This document shows positions 59,809 through 64,000 of a stretch of DNA of 64,000 bases, in pieces. Source of the stretch: Flavobacteriales bacterium. GTDB taxonomy: Bacteria; Bacteroidota; Bacteroidia; Flavobacteriales_F; PHOS-HE28. Under the pieces are notes generated by a model, which saw nothing but the letters and a program-made list of their open reading frames with translations, was not told the origin of the DNA and ran no database searches. Location of the stretch: positions 147,633-211,632 of the forward strand of contig JACJZJ010000005.1 in the NCBI GenBank assembly GCA_020635675.1. The letters are read 5' to 3'. The position numbers and the translations under genes are program-made. The stretch's first letter is position 1. Each line of letters opens with the position of its first letter.

Positions 59809-60753
59809 TCACCGCGCCCGCAGGATCGGATAGAGAGGTTCCAGGACACCAAGGGTCGCCTCGGCCATGGCATTGTTGGCATCGAGGGCCGGATTGATCT
59901 CCACGACGTCCAGCGTGGAGGTCTTCGGGTCGGCGCAGAAACCGGTGAGCAGGTCGCGAGCCTCGTCCGTGGTGATGCCGTCCGGCACCGGCGTGCCCGT
60001 GCCCATGGAGATGCTCGGGTCCATGCTGTCCACATCGAAGGAAACATGGAGGTGCACGCAATCCGCGAGGTACGCCAGCGTTTCGGCCACGACCGCCTGT
60101 GCGCCCCGTTCCCGCAGGTCGGCCACGGTGACCACTTTGATCTGGAACTCCTCGATCAATGCCTTTTCCTCCGGCTCGAGATCACGGAGGCCGATGAACA
60201 CCAGGTCACGCGGCTGGAGCTTGGGGCCTTTGGTCCCGATCTTCTTCAAGCGGTCCCACGTGTCCATGGTGTAGATCTTCGGCCGGTTCTTCCTGCGCTT
60301 CGGGTTCTCGATATCCATGAGAAGGGCCAGGGGCATCCCGTGCACGTTCCCGCTGGGCGTGGTCAGTGGGGTGTGGAGGTCCGCATGCGCATCGATCCAC
60401 ACCACGCCCAGGCGGGCGTCGGGGTCGGCCATGCGGGTGCCGGACACACTGCCGATCGCGATCGAATGATCACCTCCGACAACAATAGGAAATACATTGT
60501 TCCTCAGGTACTTGTACACTTCATATGCCAGGTCGCTTTCGAACCGGATGAGACCGTCGATATGATGTGCGTTGGGGCTGTTGTCATCCTCATAGAGCAC
60601 ATCGTTCTCATCGCGCAGGATGCTCTCCTCCGCATGTCCGAACAACTCACTTCCGAGCTTCCATGCGGCCACGCGCAGGGCAGCCATGCCCATGCTGGCC
60701 CCCCGTTTCCCGGCCCCGATCTCCGAAGCGGCCTCGATCAAGCGAACTTCCAT
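59809..60753 (-). CDS. rocF: arginase family protein (arginase/agmatinase/formiminoglutamase)
   Basis: Mn-binding motifs GGDHSIAIG, DAHADL and SFDVDSMDP. Starts at the internal ATG MEVRLIE. Confidence 0.85.
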   Translation of the reverse strand: MEVRLIEAASEIGAGKRGASMGMAALRVAAWKLGSELFGHAEESILRDENDVLYEDDNSPNAHHIDGLIRFESDLAYEVYKYLRNNVFPIVVGGDHSIAIGSVSGTRMADPDARLGVVWIDAHADLHTPLTTPSGNVHGMPLALLMDIENPKRRKNRPKIYTMDTWDRLKKIGTKGPKLQPRDLVFIGLRDLEPEEKALIEEFQIKVVTVADLRERGAQAVVAETLAYLADCVHLHVSFDVDSMDPSISMGTGTPVPDGITTDEARDLLTGFCADPKTSTLDVVEINPALDANNAMAEATLGVLEPLYPILRAR

Positions 60754-60865
60754 ACCAAGTGGTGATGGTCCCGCCCCAAAGGTAACCGGGGCGTACAAGG
60801 GACACCGCAACCCTGCACGGGCATGGGTCGTAAGAGGGGCACCTGTCATTTCTTCGGACGACCTC

Positions 60866-61573
60866 ATGGACAAAAAGGACATTCCTTACCTGGCCGCGCT
60901 GCTGGCCGTTGCCCTGCTGGGCAACGGCTGCAGCCAGGGCCTGCTCCAGGAGCAGACCCGGGAGGGCGTCATCGAATATGCGCTCACCTTTCCGGACTAC
61001 GACCCCAACGGATTGATGGCGGGCATGCTCCCCGAGCGCACCACCCTCACCTTCAGCCATGGGCGTGAACTGGCCGAACTGAGCGCTGGGATGGGCGTGT
61101 TCCGCACAAGCATCATCACGGACAACGACCGCAAGGAGATGCGGTACCACCTGAGCGTGCTGAACAAGAAGATCGTGTCGCATCTTGAACGGCGCGACAT
61201 GCCTGCATTGAACAAGGAAGAGCCCGCCCTGACGATCCTGAACACGAACGAGATGGATACCATCGCCGGCTATCCGTGCAGGAAGGCGATCGCGATCTAT
61301 GGGTCGATCGATATGCCGGAGATCGAACTGTACTATACCGATCGCATCGGACTGAACGACCCGAACTGGTACGGCCCGTTCAACGCGATCCCCGGTGTGC
61401 TGCTGCGCTATGAGATGGTGCAGTACGGCATGCGCATGCGACTGGAAGCCGTGGCCGTCCGGCCCGGTCCGGTGGACGAAGCGAAATTCGCGGACAAAGG
61501 GGGCTATGCCCGGGTATCGCCCGAGGCACTGCACACCGAACTGGAACAGGTACTGAGCACCTTCAGCCTCTGA
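60866..61573 (+). CDS. hypothetical lipoprotein
   Basis: Lipobox ALLGNGCSQG. 235 aa. No family recognised. Confidence 0.5.
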   Translation: MDKKDIPYLAALLAVALLGNGCSQGLLQEQTREGVIEYALTFPDYDPNGLMAGMLPERTTLTFSHGRELAELSAGMGVFRTSIITDNDRKEMRYHLSVLNKKIVSHLERRDMPALNKEEPALTILNTNEMDTIAGYPCRKAIAIYGSIDMPEIELYYTDRIGLNDPNWYGPFNAIPGVLLRYEMVQYGMRMRLEAVAVRPGPVDEAKFADKGGYARVSPEALHTELEQVLSTFSL

Positions 61574-61634
61574 CGCCTGTTTTCACGGACCGGCTGTTGA
61601 TAATAGCCACGCCGTTCCGACCGTTCATCCTTCC

Positions 61635-61642
61635 ACACCCCG
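61635..61642 (+). promoter_or_regulatory. candidate -7 element TACTTTTG upstream of ftsK
   Basis: Exact TAnnTTTG match about 44 nt before the proposed GTG start. Confidence 0.25.
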
Positions 61643-61685
61643 GTACTTTTGAGCGTTCCCGCGCGCCAGCGTGGGATGATCCATC

Positions 61686-64000
61686 GTGGCGAACACGCGC
61701 AGGAACAAGGTCCGGGACGACGACGAGGAAGTGTCGGCCCCCAAGCGGAAACGGAACAAGCCCAAGAAGAGCGGCAGTGGCCTGACGGATCGGGTGCGCA
61801 CGTTCCTGTCCGACCGCAGAACGCACAAGGTGGTAGGGCTGGCCCTCATGGTGGGCGCGGCCTATCTGCTTGTGGCCTTCATCTCCTATCTCTTCACCTG
61901 GAAGGAAGACCAGGACCTGATGAACCGGTCGTGGCGGATATTCCTGGATCCGAGCGTGCGGGTGGAGAACTGGCTCGGCAAGCTCGGTGCCCTGCTCGCG
62001 TACCGTTTCATCGCGCAATGGTTCGGCATCGCCGCCTTCGGCCTCGTATTGTGGAGCTTTCTTACCGGCGCGCGCATCCTCCTGCGCACGTGGCTGTTGC
62101 CTGTGAAGCGCACCTTGGCGTGGACCGCCCTGGCCATGGTGTGGGTGCCTGCCCTGCTCGGCTTCATGTTCCGCACGGGTGACGCTGCGTTCCTCGGCGG
62201 TGGACTGGGGCTCACCATCAATGCGCACCTCACGAGCATGATCGGCAATTTCGGCACGGGCACCCTCCTGCTGTTCACCCTCGGCGGTTTCCTTGTCTAC
62301 ACGTTCGATCCGTCCTTCCATTGGATCATGGGGCTGTTCCAACGAAAAGAGGAAATGACCGAGCAAGCACCGACCGACGCGGATGGCTGGGACGTGGTGA
62401 AAGGCAATCGCATCCGTGAGGAGGAAGCCGCCGAAGCCCCTGCCACGGAGCTCAGCACCGAGGAGGTTCCGGAAGCATCCGCTGCCTTGGAATTGGAAAT
62501 GGCCGACCCGGAGCCGGAGCCCTTGGTCGAGGCCACGACGGAAGAGCCCGACCCATCCCTCTCCGATCTGAACAGCAGCGACGAGGAGTTCAGCGTTCAG
62601 GTGGCGGAGAGCGATGAACAGACTTTGAGCGAGGACGAGTTGGAGAAGCGTCTGCAGGAGTTCGGCGAATACGACCCCAAACTGGACCTCAGCAGCTACG
62701 AGCTGCCCCCGATCGACCTGTTGGTGGACCACGGCACGGGCGAGCTTACCGTGACCAAGGAGGAATTGGAAGCCAACAAGGACAACATCGTCCGGACGCT
62801 GGGCCACTACAACATCGGCATCGAGCGGATCAAGGCCACCATCGGACCCACGGTCACGCTGTACGAGATCATTCCGCAGGCCGGGGTGCGCATCAGCAAG
62901 ATCAAGAACCTGGAGGACGACATCGCGCTGAGCCTGGCCGCCCTGGGCATCCGCATCATCGCACCGATCCCCGGCAAGGGCACCATCGGCATCGAGGTGC
63001 CCAACAGCAAGCCGCAGGTGGTGGGCATGCGCGCCGTGGTGGCCAGTGACAAGTTCCAGAACAGTACGGCCGACCTGCCGATCGTGCTGGGCAAGACGAT
63101 CAGCAACGAGACCTTCGTCACGGACCTGGCCCGGATGCCCCACCTACTGATGGCCGGTGCCACGGGCCAGGGCAAGTCGGTGGGACTGAACGCGATCCTG
63201 GTCAGCCTGCTATACAAGAAACACCCCAGCCAGATCAAGTTCGTGCTGGTGGACCCGAAGAAGGTCGAGCTCACCCTCTTCAACAAGATCGAGCGGCATT
63301 TTCTGGCGAAGCTTCCCGGCAGCGAGGAGGCGATCATCACCGACACCAAGAAGGTGGTGGCCACGCTCAACAGCCTGTGCATCGAGATGGACGAGCGCTA
63401 CGAACTGCTGAAGCAGGCCGGCGTCCGCAACATCAAGGAGTACAACACCAAGTTCATCAAACGCCGACTGAACCCGGAGAACGGGCACCGCTACCTCCCC
63501 TACATCGTGTTGGTGGTGGACGAGTTCGCCGACCTGATCATGACGGCGGGCCGCGAAGTGGAAACGCCGATCGCACGCCTGGCACAGCTGGCCCGCGCCA
63601 TCGGCATCCACCTGATCATCGCCACGCAGCGACCGAGCGTCAACATCATCACCGGCACGATCAAGGCCAATTTCCCGGCGCGCATCGCCTTCCGCGTCAC
63701 CAGCAAGGTGGACAGCCGCACGATCCTGGACAGCGGCGGCGCCGACCAGTTGATCGGTCGCGGGGACATGCTGCTGAGCACGGGCAACGACCTGATCCGG
63801 ATCCAATGCGCCTTCGTGGACACCCCGGAAGTGGAACAGATCACCGAGTTCATCGGCGGCCAGCGCGGGTATCCGGAGGCCCTCATCCTGCCTGAAGTAC
63901 CCACGGAAGAAGGCGACGGCGCGGGTCTGGACGACGGCGAACGCGACAGCATGTTCGAGGAGGCCGCCCGTCTGGTGGTGCAGACGCAGCAGGGCAGCAC
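61686..64000 (+). CDS. ftsK: DNA translocase FtsK/SpoIIIE (3'-partial, continues past window end)
   Basis: Basic N-terminus, 4 TM helices, an acidic linker, then a motor domain with Walker A GATGQGKSV, VDEFADLIM and QRPSVNIITG. An in-frame TGA immediately upstream forces a non-ATG (GTG) start or a later Met. Confidence 0.85.
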   Translation, partial: MANTRRNKVRDDDEEVSAPKRKRNKPKKSGSGLTDRVRTFLSDRRTHKVVGLALMVGAAYLLVAFISYLFTWKEDQDLMNRSWRIFLDPSVRVENWLGKLGALLAYRFIAQWFGIAAFGLVLWSFLTGARILLRTWLLPVKRTLAWTALAMVWVPALLGFMFRTGDAAFLGGGLGLTINAHLTSMIGNFGTGTLLLFTLGGFLVYTFDPSFHWIMGLFQRKEEMTEQAPTDADGWDVVKGNRIREEEAAEAPATELSTEEVPEASAALELEMADPEPEPLVEATTEEPDPSLSDLNSSDEEFSVQVAESDEQTLSEDELEKRLQEFGEYDPKLDLSSYELPPIDLLVDHGTGELTVTKEELEANKDNIVRTLGHYNIGIERIKATIGPTVTLYEIIPQAGVRISKIKNLEDDIALSLAALGIRIIAPIPGKGTIGIEVPNSKPQVVGMRAVVASDKFQNSTADLPIVLGKTISNETFVTDLARMPHLLMAGATGQGKSVGLNAILVSLLYKKHPSQIKFVLVDPKKVELTLFNKIERHFLAKLPGSEEAIITDTKKVVATLNSLCIEMDERYELLKQAGVRNIKEYNTKFIKRRLNPENGHRYLPYIVLVVDEFADLIMTAGREVETPIARLAQLARAIGIHLIIATQRPSVNIITGTIKANFPARIAFRVTSKVDSRTILDSGGADQLIGRGDMLLSTGNDLIRIQCAFVDTPEVEQITEFIGGQRGYPEALILPEVPTEEGDGAGLDDGERDSMFEEAARLVVQTQQGS

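Overview
High-GC (about 62-64%) bacterial chromosome segment. It is densely packed with housekeeping genes and looks like core genome rather than an accessory island. Gene content points to a gliding Bacteroidota organism: gldF-gldG-DUF4340, two tandem FKBP lipoproteins (GldI-like), a 1381-aa SprB-repeat/PKD adhesin with a type-B gliding C-terminal domain followed by its PorP/SprF partner, a CotH protein with a type-A T9SS sorting domain, and several promoter-like TAnnTTTG (-7) motifs. Recognisable housekeeping genes include serC-serA-DUF1015, yggS, purC, phoH, dnaN, dapA, ligA, prmC, ribD, yigZ, dnaA, ndk, recF, ribH, acs, folD, ffh, osmC, yaaA, argS and ftsK (3' partial). No rRNA, intact tRNA, CRISPR array, transposase or integrase was seen. 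The window is so GC-rich that nearly every real gene is shadowed by long spurious antisense ORFs (up to 816 aa); these were rejected. The more interesting spots are the SprB-like adhesin/PorP pair with internal supra-repeats, a four-gene block of unknowns next to it (with one unannotated 40-aa lipoprotein ORF), a six-gene co-directional cluster linking NrnA to two FKBPs and secreted or outer-membrane proteins, a rocF-amidinotransferase-argS cluster, and a dnaA locus unlinked from dnaN with a T10 tract upstream and a perfect palindromic terminator downstream. Nothing here looks like a clearly novel system. The candidates are ranked with modest interest and each is labelled as seen in sequence, established knowledge or inference.
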